A stretch of DNA of 63,976 nucleotides, filler included, from Craspedostauros australis (Eukaryota): NCBI GenBank assembly GCA_030167865.1. It is 9 parts of 9 records of this genome, joined end to end, with 100 filler letters (N's around TTAATTAATTAA, not from the genome) between each part and the next. Parts side by side here need not be neighbours in the genome. Positions count along the whole stretch, not along the records: positions 20,929 to 35,158 come from JALAGF010001519.1; 8 more parts are not named here. The stretch is one strand, 5' to 3'. Numbering within the stretch: position 1 is the stretch's first letter; each line of letters begins with the position of its first letter. The position numbers and the translations under genes are program-made. This document shows, piece by piece, positions 24,101 through 35,258 of the stretch. The notes below the pieces were generated by a model that was not told the DNA's origin, did not search any database, and saw only the letters and a program-made list of their open reading frames with translations.

Positions 24101-25044
24101 ACTGCTCTACCTACCTTAACAAGGTGCTGCAGCGGCACGATTGGCAAGGGCTGAAATCTTCGCAACGCCTCCCCATGCGGGCGGATAATGGGCACGTGCG
24201 CCAGTTGGATCAGGCTGTCCTGCCTGACTCAGATGCAGAACGACAACGTCTGCAGTCCGAGTTCTTCAACTACCGACAGGCCATTGGCAAGCTTATATGG
24301 GCCATGGTTTCGTGTCGGCCTGACATATCGTTCCCGGTGGTCAAGCTGAGTCAGTACTCTATGAACCCTGCGCGTGTTCACTACGAGGCAGTCAAGTATC
24401 TCTTTCGGTACATTGCGGCCACCAGGGAGTTTGGGGTTACATACTGGCGACAGTCTCCTCTCATGCAGCTTGCGGATGTTCCCAACCCACGATGGCTGTC
24501 CCCTACCGGCGACAAGCGTCATAACACGACGGATCAGGGTACTATCCAGGCAACCTCGCTGTATGCCTACGTGGATGCTGATTGGGGCGCCGATACCAAG
24601 CATCGTCGGTCTACAAGCGGCATTGCTTTCCTTCTGGGTGGCGCAGCTGTTGCATGGAAGACTCGCGTGCAACCTACCGTCTCTCTCAGCACTTCCGAGG
24701 CCGAGTTCCTTGCCGCCAGCGATGCTGGCAAGATGGCGCTCTGGCTTCGGTCTATTCTCGATGAAATCGGCGTTGCGCAGAAACATGCGACGCTCATCTA
24801 CGAGGACAATCGAGGCGCGAGAATGATGGCTAACGCCAACCAGCCGACACGGAACTCCAGGCACATTGACATTCGCACATTTGCCGTCAGCGATTGGGTG
24901 GACAGAGATCTTATCCTGATCACCGACGTGCCTTCGGACCTCAATGCTTCGGACGTGTGCACCAAACAGACGCCTGTGGTTCTGTTCTATCGGCATACGG
25001 ATCTGCTCATGGGGCGCATACCGCCTTTCTACGTACAACCATGA
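21088..25044 (+). pseudogene. pol: copia pol (PR-IN-[PDZ-like]-RT-RNase H) with two premature TGA stops
   Basis: ORFs 21094-21900, 21982-23343 and 23383-25044 share one frame (TGA at 21898 and 23341). Motifs: PR (N)PGAN; IN zinc finger WHMRLGH..CSVC; HADYG, RVDSGG, NGKVER; RT LQGHPE, RQVDDF; RNase H YVDADW, STSEAE, IYEDN, NASDVCTK. Confidence 0.92.
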
Positions 25045-25118
25045 GTGCTCCCCATGGAGTGTGGTGATCCCTGTCTTCTCTACAACAGAGTCGATTATTT
25101 CCGCTAGCTTACGCTAGT

Positions 25119-25128
25119 GTGGGGGAGG
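25119..25128 (+). promoter_or_regulatory. Polypurine tract of the copia element
   Basis: GTGGGGGAGG immediately precedes TGTTGG. Confidence 0.8.
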
Positions 25129-25360
25129 TGTTGGCATCCGTACACCCGTACGATGACAGACGTCATCAGCAGCAGCAGCAGCGAACACAACAAAAGTCAT
25201 CACCACTCTGTGGCCATAAATCCATCATTAGCACCAAAACACACACATCACACTCTCACGATACTGACAGGGACCCCATCCCACCGACATCGAGTCACGC
25301 TTCAATCCCGCTCAAACTCTGAGCAGTCGGTCATTTGACTGACTAGACTAAATCTTAACA
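25129..25360 (+). repeat. Putative 3' LTR (232 bp, TGTT...AACA)
   Basis: Starts TGTTGG right after the PPT and ends TCTTAACA. The right boundary is inferred because the 5' LTR is not in the contig. Confidence 0.65.
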
Positions 25361-25638
25361 TGACTAATAGGAATACTAGTTTGAGCTAATAATTATGAGT
25401 AGGTTGGTATGCTTAGTTCTGTTGAAATCGAAGAAAAAGTGCCACTCTACTTTACAAACGGTTGGTCGACTCACTGACCCGGATCTTATCCATAACGTAT
25501 ATATATATAACACACGGATTATAACGGTTACGTCATGCGCCGATGGCGCTTTTATTCCGCCTCGTTTATTCAACGTGATAGCACATTGCGGGAACGGAGT
25601 GAAGTCGTGTGGCAGCTGTGGTTGCCGAGAGAATCACG

Positions 25639-28600
25639 TCAGGTCTCGGTTGAAGATCGGCGTGTTGCTGCGTGGGCGGGGTCGGAAGCGGAGGTTGTCT
25701 TTCGCCTGACGTTGAGCATCCAGTTGGAGAGCACCGTCGGGAGAGGGGGGCTGTCGTGGCCAAGTGCGCTGTGCATGGCCTGAACCTATTCCGAGAGGGC
25801 GCGAGTTTGTTGTATGGGAGGCGGTTGTTCCCAGAGGGGCCGCAGCGGGGGTGGAATGAGCGCTGGCGTCACGGACCGGATTCGGAGGGCCTGTTGTTCG
25901 AGCAGCGCCACCATATCGTCGGCGAGCTGCGAGGCTTTATCCTCGTTGCGTTCTTTCCACTGCTCCAGGATCGCGTGCCACAGCAGATTGGTCACACTGG
26001 CTTGCCAATCTCGGAGCTGGCGGGCTGTTTGTCTGCGACGGTGCTGGGCTGCATGAGGGGCATGTTCTCGCCAGGCCGCGGCCCACCCGCCCCACATTAT
26101 GGCAGTCCATCCCACTTTCGCTTGTTGTTGTTGGATACTCTTGGTGGGGGAGTCGCGAATGCCTGATGGAGGAATGCCTCCTGTGGAGATGCGGGCGAGG
26201 GCCGTGCATAGCAATTGAGCGACGAGCGGTGGCGTGGTTGGTGGTCGCACGATTGACCGCACCTTGAGCATAGTCTTGGACCAAATGGCCTGACTGGATG
26301 CGCTCGGGCACATGACGACGTGTGAGTTGTCCTCGGGTCGGCCGCATCTGGGGCATGCGTCAGAGGCCTCCTGCTGTCGCCGCTGCATGTTCTTGCCACT
26401 AGCGCCTGCGCCAGCCATAAGCTTGAGCAGTGTGCGACGTCTGTCACCTTGCCAACGTCGGGAGTTGGTCCGCATGGGCATCCAGTCCACCTCAGAGGGA
26501 TGTGCATGTCCCCAGCGCCGACACTACTTGAGCTGGATGCCGGTGCCATCAAGGGCGTTGTGCACCGTCCAGTAGTCGAGGTCGGTGATGGGCGTGGTGC
26601 CCGCAAGCAAGGTCCAGCCTCCGGTGGGTACTGGGGGAATGTCATTGCTCCACCCAGCTTGGCTCGAGATCTCCCATTGCTGGCCTGCGTGGGCGTCGGC
26701 GGCAACGTTCATGGTTTCCCACTCCGTGAGAGGCTGGCCGGAGTCGTCTGCGTGGCCTTTCACTTCATGCTGCCTGAATTGCACCGTCGTTTTGCGCAGC
26801 AGGCGGACGATTTCTGCCCTGATATCGTGATCAGGCCGCCTGGGGTCGGGCCACTGGGCGTTGGTCACAGACCTGAGCACCCTGTCGTTGTCACACGCGA
26901 TGGTGGCGCTGCCGATCACACCTGCCCACTCTGCAATGGAAGTCACAACCCATATGGACATGAGCACGCCAGCAAGCTCGGCCCGGTTGGAGTCTGTCGG
27001 GTGTGACCCCGCGGGAACTGCAGATGTGGCGACTATCTGGTGCGTGTCGTCTCCGACGCCACTTTGAATGATTGCTGCGGCCGCTCCTTTGCTGTGCTTC
27101 GCGGACGCATCGCTGCAGGCGGCGCACTTGCCGGTCGTGATCAATAGAACGATTTGGTGGACGTCGCCTTGGATCTGCAGCGTTGGTAGCATGGCAGTGG
27201 CTGCGGGGCCTTTGTGGTGCAGCCAATCACGAATGGTGGTCGGGTTGGCGCGGGCTTGAATGCCCCCGGATGCTGTGGTGGCGGCTCCTGATCGCCGGGC
27301 AGATCTGTCGACCACATGCGTTGGACGAGTGCAGTTGGTGTCGTGGGCTCTTGCCGGGCCTGGTAGCCTGATCGTTCCGTCTGGGAGCTGGGCAGTGCGG
27401 CGTAAAGGTGCGTGGTACCACAGGCCGAGGGTCGCCTGTACATGCCAACCTGGTCTGTCTGCGGCCACCAGCGCTGCCAGCACATGTTCCCAAGCTTCCC
27501 ACGCTGTCCGGGTTACGGTCCCCGTCTTGGGTCACGTGGTGGTGCCTGGCGGCAGCCTGGATCTTCGCAGGACTCCGGGTAAGATGCGTGTGCCACAGGC
27601 AGAGGTGACGTCCGACAGCTAAAGGGCCCTGAGGTGGATGCGGGCGACGTTGGCCAGCCCCAGCGTTGTCGCAGGGACTCCGGCTTGAATGGCTAGGTGC
27701 ATGATGGTCTCGTCACCGCGGCGCGGTTTGCTGGCAGCGCTGCCTTGGTCCGTCATGACGATGCCGAGCTGTGAAGCGGTGTGGAAGGTGTTTTGCCACC
27801 ACGTTGCGGCCGTCCAGGTCCTCCATTTACGCTCATGCTGTTGCAGCTGCCCGGGTAGTCCGGTCCACAGTTCGAGGTGTCGAAGTGAGGAGCGTAGCAG
27901 TCGTCCTGTTTCCGTGTCTTGCTCGAAGTGTTGCATTACCATGGAGAGATGGGAGATGACTTGTACCGTGTGCAGGTTGCGCACCCCCATGCCCATGGCG
28001 TCAACGTGGCCGAAGACATACTCCCTGGCAATTGTCCGGGCGATACCCATGGACGGAAGAGCCGCAGTCAGGGCAGTGCTCATCACTGCGCGCCACTGGG
28101 ATGGAGACATGGTGGCGGCCGGAGCAGAGTAAGTCAACGACGGCCACAGCACGGACTTGAGGGCGATTTCCGTGTCCTGCTTACTGATCCGGGACGTTCT
28201 GATGCGTTCCGCCCACTCCCTCAATTTGTTCAGGAGGTAGCTGGCGTGCTCTGTTTGCTTGCCATCTCTCCGAGACATCATCCCCAGGTATTTGGCTGCT
28301 GTTCGAGGACCGGTCAGTGCCAACTTGATGCGCTGGCCGTCTGGGGAGTTCATGTGGACTTCGGTGGTGAGAGTAGATAGGTTGTAGGTCCATTGCATTC
28401 TGTGCCACTTGAATTGGATCAGCTGCCAGAAGCTCTTTGTTGGTTCTAGAGCTCCGCCCGTGGAAGTGAGTAGACTGTCCCAATGATCGACTGCCGCTTG
28501 GAAGGCCGTGGCCTGCGCATTGGGGGTGTCTGCTTGCAGGCTCTGCATCACGTTGGTGTCGTCGACGTAGGCTGTCCCTGTGATGACGTGGCCAGCATTG

Positions 28601-31218
28601 GTGATGGGATCCGGGAGGCTGAGTCCGTGCCCGCGGCGGCGCATGCTGTCGATGATGGCTGAGCTGATGAGCAACCAGCCTGTAGGTGCGGATCCCAATC
28701 CCTGGACTAGGCCTTGGAGGAATTGGCCTCGTCGTTTGCCTGAGTACAAAGCGGTTGATGTGCCTGCGGCGGTGCGGATGCGGTGAGTCATCGCCTGTAA
28801 GGTACGCAGGGTGCTCTCAATGGGCGCTGCCGGCACTCCCTGTCGTCGAAGAGCCAAGCCGAATATGGGGTGGGCGATCCGATCGTAGCATCCCTTCGCG
28901 TCGTTTGAGCAGACCGCATAGTGGAGACCTGTGACTCGGCCTATGTCATCGATGAGGGTGGTGTTGAGTAGGACTTCCTGGGCCGTGTGGGCTTTCCGGC
29001 TTCCATATTGTTCTGCGGCGATGGTCCCGTTGCTCTCCGTGTGTGATCTGGCTTGTTTGCCGAGGAGGCGGTTGTTCATATTGAAGTTGCCTTCCATGAG
29101 GTCAATCGTCCTTGTTTTGGTGACTGCGAGATTGCCCGGTTTCTTCCTCAGCTGTATGTCGGTGCATTGTTGCCATCTCTGGAGGCTGTAGCCCGTGCGG
29201 TAAGGGATCTCACGCAGAATGGCATCGATGAGAGCGAGCTCTGGTACCTTCGCATTGGCTTTCCAACACCCAAAGTGGATTCCAGACGGCCCGGAAGACG
29301 TGCTCTCTTTGATGCGTGACCACCCTTTGGAGTGACTTTCCTGGGTGATGGTCGTGTTCAGACAGGGCCATGGGCTTGCCTGTGGAGGTTGGTACAGAGC
29401 ATGGAGCACTTCGTTGGTACTGGCACTGATCTGGGACAGGACGATGCCGTGTAGAATGGCTGTAGCCGCCGTGCTGGTGCCAAATCGGCCGAGGCTGCGC
29501 TTCAGTGGTCGTTGGCAGACCTCAGCTCGCCAGGCCTGGCTGTACTTGTTAATATTGTTGTTACAGCACGCTCTGGCCACATCTTCTCCAGATGTGAGGA
29601 GGTTCCCTTGTCCTCCTGGCCCGTCGTCGATAATGATGGACACTTGGGAGTCCTCTCCGTTCGCTTTTAGTGCCCAGCTGATGCGCCTGTAGGTCGCACG
29701 CGTGTCTTCTCTTTGCTGGATTTGGGCTCTGTATTTCGCAGTATCCCTGCCTGTTCGAGAGACTTCAGCTTCGTCGTCTGCGAGGAACGTCCTCCGGTGG
29801 TTAGCTGCGTCTTGCTTCTCTTGTCGGTATCGGCGCCATGCATTGTTTCTGCGTCTACCCATCTCTGTCAGGGTCATTTTCCGGGTGAGTGCTAATAGCT
29901 TTGCCTTTTTCCTGGCTTTGTCGACGGTGCGCCCTTTGATGTTGTGCCCTTTCCTACGCTTGATGCTGAGGGTCCAAAACCTGTGCTCCCAGTGTATCTT
30001 CGACAGTGCTGGCGAGAATGGGACTGCACCTGCGCGTATTCGGCGACAGTGGCGTTCTGCGTGTAGGATGGCCTGAGTTCGGTCTTTGTCGATGGCTTCG
30101 AGTTCGCGAATTTGCGTTGTTGTGATGGGACCTTCTCCGATGTCTGAGTTGAGTGCTTCTGCGCGTGCTCGTAGCCGTTTGTTGTTGGCCTGTTCGGTGT
30201 ACCCTTCTGTATACCTGCGCACTGTCGCTGGTTGGTTGAGCTGCAGCCTCCGTCCTCTGAATGGCGTGGTGGGTTGTTTGGAGGGTCCGAGTAGGCTGGC
30301 TGTGACGATGTCCATCCACACCGCTCTGTGGTCCCAGCTGCTGTAGGCCGTGAGGCCGAGCTGGGATGGGCGTATGTCGCTCGTGGTCCATATGCCGTCG
30401 ATTGGGATGCCTCTGGTGTTCCTGATCATTGTGGCGTATGGGCGGTTGATCTGTTTGGAATGGTGTTCATGCATGCCTTCAGACTGAAGCATTGTCGATA
30501 TTTTGGACCTTCTGATGTCCATGTTCACATCACCCCCTACGATGATCGTTTCTCCTGCCTGCTTCCAGAGCGATATCTGGGTTTTCAGGTCATGAATGAG
30601 CAGGTCTATCGGCTCCAGGTTGGATCCTCGTTGGGCTGCCTTGATTGCTTGTTGATTGTAGACTGTCCCGGTGGTTTGTGTTGACTTCGTGGGGACGTAG
30701 ATGGACACCACTCGGACTTTGATGCCCTGCTTGCCTTGCAGCAGCATGCTTGCCCATCGCCCGCTTTGGTTGGGGTCGTTGCTGCGTGACAGCACTCTGC
30801 CGGCGGCGTTGCCGTGGATGAGGACTGCCGTGCCGCCCCACTGACGAGGGTTGCGGGCGGTGGTCTGATAGTGCGATGTGCTGGTTTTCACCATGCGTAG
30901 GTGCCGCTCCGCTCGGTGTGCAAGTGTGGTATCCGTGGGAACTTGGTTCCAGTTGAGTCCGACCTCCGTGATAAGAAGTATGTCGATGTGGTGTTGGCGG
31001 ATGAGCTGCCATAGGTCGTCGTTCTTGGGTTCCGTGGGGTCTGGTGGTAAGCTTCCAATGTTGAGGGTCGCTATCCTGATATGGCCTTTTGGTTTGGGCT
31101 GGGTGGTATTCCCTATGTGTTGTTGTTGAGAAGTTGATCCGTCCGGTCTCAATTCCTCGTGGTTGTCGGGTCCGTTGATGTTCGAGCTGGACTGTGCCCG
31201 GTTGTGGCTGACTATCAT
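25639..31218 (-). pseudogene. LINE ORF2 (about 1860 codons): AP endonuclease, RT, RNase H, C-terminal Zn knuckle; four in-frame stops, no frameshift
   Basis: APE: IATLNIG, ILLITEVGLNW, IIVGGDVN, PIDGIW, DHR. RT: SSGPSG, EQYGSR, SNDAKGCYDRI, QGLVQG, AYVDDT. RNase H: CSDAS, RAELAG, ACDN, VKGHAD, NVAAD. Knuckle: CPRCGRPEDNSHVVMC. Stops at 27619, 27532, 26524 and 25786, all in the same frame. Confidence 0.9.
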
Positions 31219-34200
31219 GGTCGCGGGTCTCCATTGGGCTGCGGAGGGTTGCCGTCGGGTTTGCCGAGTTGTCGTCGGAGAGCTTGTACTTGTGCGAGCA
31301 GTTGTTCTTCCTTGGATTGGGGTTGGTTGTACCTGGTGGCGGCTCCTGTGCGGAGAATGCTGCTTGGGTTGGTGGTTGCTTGGTCTTGCTGTCCTTGTTG
31401 TGTGTTGGTTTCGGCCGAGTTGTTGGTGGTTAGTCTGGGCGCCGCCGTGTACGCTGAGTCCATCGATCTGTTGGCTGTCCCAATTGTTGAGTTCGGATTG
31501 AACAAGCTGCGGCTGTCGAGTGCAGCCGGCCGGTGGTTGACTGGCATCATGTCGGATATGTTGGTGATGACTACGCTGGCTGGAAAGGATTCGTCGGCAA
31601 TCGCGCCGAGATAGTGAACATCGGGGGAGGTGTAGTCGTTGGTGTCTGGGTCATACACGATGCTCAGGCTTGCCAACCAGACCTCTGGGCTGAACCACTT
31701 CTCAGCTTTGTCTCCCACTTTGTGTCTTGCCACTGCTGGTAGTAAGCTCATGAAGTGTTTTGCATCTGCCAGATACTCTGGGAAGGAATGTGCCACGATC
31801 TGGTCGTCTGTGCCCCAGGCTCTGTCCACACTGTGGATGTTGGCAAGTTCCGCTCACGGTAACCTACGATCGTGGAAGATGATGTTGGTTGATAGTCGTC
31901 TGTTTGCTATTTCATTACTTGGCTACTCCGATCCTCTCAGTGTACGTCCGTTCTCTTGCCCGATGCTCTTGGCGCTTCAATCTGTTTCGTAGATTCAGTC
32001 TCCGACTATGAGTCGGTACGCGAGATCCTCTCTCGCTCCTCTCTGTATTCTCTCTCTCTCTCTCTCTCAACATCGTGTGCTCGTGTTACACGATACTCCG
32101 TGTTCGATGCGTACTCCGCATTCGACACTCTGTTCATTCAGTACTGGTTACTACTCCATGAGTACTTACCATTTGAAGTTCACCTTCAGTATCCATGATC
32201 TTCATGGGTCATTGCATCTTCGCCTCCTTCTCTGACTTGGAGACAGCTGTCGACGTGGTGACATGTTGACATCCTGTCAACGTCAGTAGGCGTCCTTCTG
32301 CTCTCCAGATGTCACGTTCCATTGGTGATGCAGCAGCCTGTCAGATGATATTGTCATCTGAGGTTTAGTTGGGAAGTACCTCGAGATTCTCTTGGTACCA
32401 TTGATGNNNNNNNNNNNNNNNNNNNNNNNNNNNCAGAAATCGTTATTTGCAAATTTCCTCCAGAAATCTTGCCCCTTTTCGTGTGTTCCATTTCCCCTGT
32501 AATTCTGACGAATCACAGTATACTGTCAACACGAATGTAGTTATACCGTCCAAATGCGTATGAGAGAATAGCGGGTGAACGATGCACATATACACGTACA
32601 TCTTGACGTATACTCACATGTACATCTTGACATGTGGAAGATGCTCTTCCCCTCTGCGTTGGTTTCGCGGAGGATAAGTTTCCGTAGTGTGATGGACTGC
32701 CCATCCTTGCCTTTGACCTTTTTGTCCAGGTGCATGACTCCATCTGAATCGGAGTACTCGATCACGGAGAGGATGGCTTGGTGCTTTGCAAGCAGGTCTT
32801 CTCGGAATGCTGTCTTTTTGCATGACATCTGCTCGTATTTTTTGTCGGGCAGGAATCTGAATTTCTTTTCGCCAGGCCGTTCTGACAACGTGTTGAAGAG
32901 AGTGGCTACTGCTGCGACGGCTGCGTATGCTTGTGACCTTTCCACTTCCAGCTTAACAGCTCTCCATGGTTGGACCGTCCAATGGCGTTTCCCGTCTTTG
33001 TATTTCTCTTTGGTTTCCTCGCTGACCTGGATGATGTTTTTAATCTTCCCGTCAACCCTGATTTCGCTGTGGATTCTCCTGAGGCTCCTGTTGATGACTT
33101 CGACAGTCCCGTTGACGTCTGTGAATCCTCCGGTGTAGAGTAAGAACCCGATCTCTTTCACTTCTTCTGCCTCTTGCAACTGCGCCAGGTATAGGCCTTC
33201 ATGCTCGTTGTAATAGTAGGCATTGAGTTCGGAGTTTTGGTCTGCGGTGATGTCGAAAGGATCCTCGCGCGTCGTGATTCGTACCTTCGCGTAAGTGATG
33301 CCGGTGGCGCCCGATGGTGCTCTGAGTCCGGGGAAGAACGTCCGGAGATCTTCCATTCGTTCTGGTACTTGGCCTGAGTGGGCGATGTGTGGTCCGGTGT
33401 TGCTGCTTTCTTGCCATGGTAGGATCGTGGCCGATGAGTCGATGCGCCGGATTTGTCGGAACCATCACTTGATCCTTTCTCTTACTGCTTCAGTGGTATC
33501 TTCCTCCGTTCTGTCCACGTTCAGCTTGATTGTGAATCTGGTGATTTATTCGTGCCTGGGAGGGGCTATCTTTGCCTGCAAGGTGTTGGACTCGTCGTCC
33601 GAACTCACTGAGTTGTCGTCTGCTTTGGCTTTGTTGCGTGGTGAGCGTCGTGGGCCGTGGCGTTGTTTGGTGATGCCTGAGTCAGTCGATGTGTCGCTGC
33701 TGTTACCCGATCTGGTGGATTGCGTGCTGTTGTGGCTGCTCTGGCTGATTTGTGCCATGTCCGTGGTGTGTCGTGGCAACTTGAATCTGGTGCGTTTGGT
33801 GGGTTGCCTGCTGGTGTATGAATCGCTGTCGGTGCTGAGTGATTCTGTTCCTGTGTTGATGGGTATGGCTGCCACCGCACTTACGCTGGGGCAGTTTGCT
33901 GTGTTGGTCGAGTCAATCTGTCTGGATAGCAGAGTGAGTCCATCCATTGCGTCTTCATTAGCATCAGATGCACTGCTGGGTGCTGCGCCGAGATCATAGT
34001 TGGATCCCAAGACTCTGTTGGCAGCTTTCCACACTTTGACTGCTCTTGCGCTCTTCACCATCCCGTTGCTGTTGAGGTGTGCTTTGAACACTTCCAGTGG
34101 GTTGGTAGATGCTACGTCGATGACAAACTGTAGGAGCCGGAGTCGGGTGGGGTCTTTGTTTGGGAGAGTGATTGGGACAAATGATGTCACCCTGCCGTCT

Positions 34201-34628
34201 GCTAGGTCGCGGAAGAAGTGTTCCCACTGCTTGGTGGTTGGGTTTTCTCTATCTGCCGTGGCCTCATCTCTGTTGTACCACACCGCTCGGGCCCTCCATG
34301 CCATCTTCGCTGCTCTGTCGATAGAGCCGTCTCCTGTTGCTTTCGTGAATGGCGTGATGTCAATGCCGGTCTTGTTCGCTGCTGTCTTGAAGGTGCTCGA
34401 TCTTGGTTTGAAGGTGATTGAGACATCATCTGGGTTGTTCTCCTCCATTCCTCCGTCGTATGGGATGGCTCTTTTTGCTTGTCGGCGTGCGCGGTGTTGG
34501 TTGCTTGTGTCAGTGGCCATGGTCGCCTCCGGTTTGTCGGGTTCCTTGGTGGGCAGCGTCAAAGTTGGACCATCGTCATGGTTTCGCTCATCGTGGTTGC
34601 TCGTGTTGGCTTGCTTGTTCGAGGTCAT
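31215..34628 (-). pseudogene. LINE ORF1, interrupted by two stops and an LTR-like insertion
   Basis: 33546-34628 and 32541-33356 are the same frame and read through ('PPRHE*ITRFTIKL...RIK*WFRQIRRID...ILPW...MEDLRTFFPG'). Removing 31838-32632 plus one TSD restores 'KSIFHSVDRAW'. The stop overlaps the ORF2 start (ATGA). Confidence 0.8.
31838..32632. mobile_element. Solo-LTR-like insertion (about 795 bp, TG...CA) with 6-bp target-site duplication TGTGGA
   Basis: TGTGGA at 31832-31837 and 32633-32638 flanks TGTTGGCAAG...CTTGACA. It splits LINE ORF1. A second copy starts at 51664. Small internal N gap at 32407-32433. Confidence 0.88.
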
Positions 34629-34709
34629 TTTGCTGTGCTGTTGTTTGTGTTGTGTTAGGGGATTAATTAGTTTTTATTTTCTTTTGGTTTGGTTTGTCGG
34701 AGTTCCGAA

Positions 34710-34926
34710 ACTGCCTTATCCACAACATAATTGACCCTCTCGATTCCGGTATCTTTGTGAATCTGCTTCATTTTGTTGCATCCCTGCTCGAACGCCATGA
34801 ACGTGTCAACGTTCTGAGCAGCACCCTCCAGGCTGATCACCAGGGTCTCCAGAATAATTTTAGTCTCATTTATGGTGTCGATCTCAGACTCGATAGTGTT
34901 CTTCAGCTCGAGGATGGAGATGGTGC
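34710..34926 (-). pseudogene. Degenerate ESCRT-III Snf7/CHMP4-like exon fragment
   Basis: 'GTISILELKNTIESEIDTINETKIILETLVISLEGAAQNVDTFMAFEQGCNKMKQIHKDTGIERVNYVVD' follows the Snf7 pattern 'GALxALKRKKxYE.EI..I...KMTLE.Q.I.LE.A..N..TF.AM..G...MK.I....I+KVD..MD'. Preceded by an acceptor-like pyrimidine tract and TAG. Confidence 0.65.
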
Positions 34927-35258
34927 CTATCGGTGTAGAGTAAGTATGATAGAATAGCATGTGTTGTTGTGGCATGATGAGGAGTAGAGAGAGGGAAGGT
35001 TTCCGTTGTTTCGCACGGTATCACGATCCATAGTTACATCGTTGTTTCATTCCACGGCAGTGCGAGTGCCAGCGTTGTGATGAATTCATTCGGTTGGAAC
35101 ATGGAAATGTCATCGTTCGATTCGAGCAGCAAGAAGGTGTTGAGTATTCGTTATTGCGNNNNNNNNNNNNNNNNNNNNNNNNNNNNNNNNNNNNNNNNNN
35201 NNTTAATTAATTAANNNNNNNNNNNNNNNNNNNNNNNNNNNNNNNNNNNNNNNNNNNN

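Larger units (their letters stand above)
20929..25360 (+). mobile_element. Ty1/copia (CoDi-like) LTR retrotransposon, 5' end lost at contig start
   Basis: Domain order gag tail - PR - IN - RT - RNase H is diagnostic of copia. It is followed by a polypurine tract and a TG...CA LTR. Confidence 0.95.
25361..34710 (-). mobile_element. Long non-LTR retrotransposon, Ambal-like (ORF1 + ORF2 APE-RT-RNase H-CCHC)
   Basis: Two co-oriented ORFs with a short AC-rich 5' leader and an AT-rich 3' UTR. The architecture matches the diatom Ambal clade. Exact ends are uncertain. Confidence 0.88.

Noticed and set aside
25786..27621. Stop-codon reassignment or programmed readthrough in TE ORFs
   Set aside because: TAA, TAG and TGA all terminate normal genes in this window, and the internal stops are of mixed type, consistent with decay.
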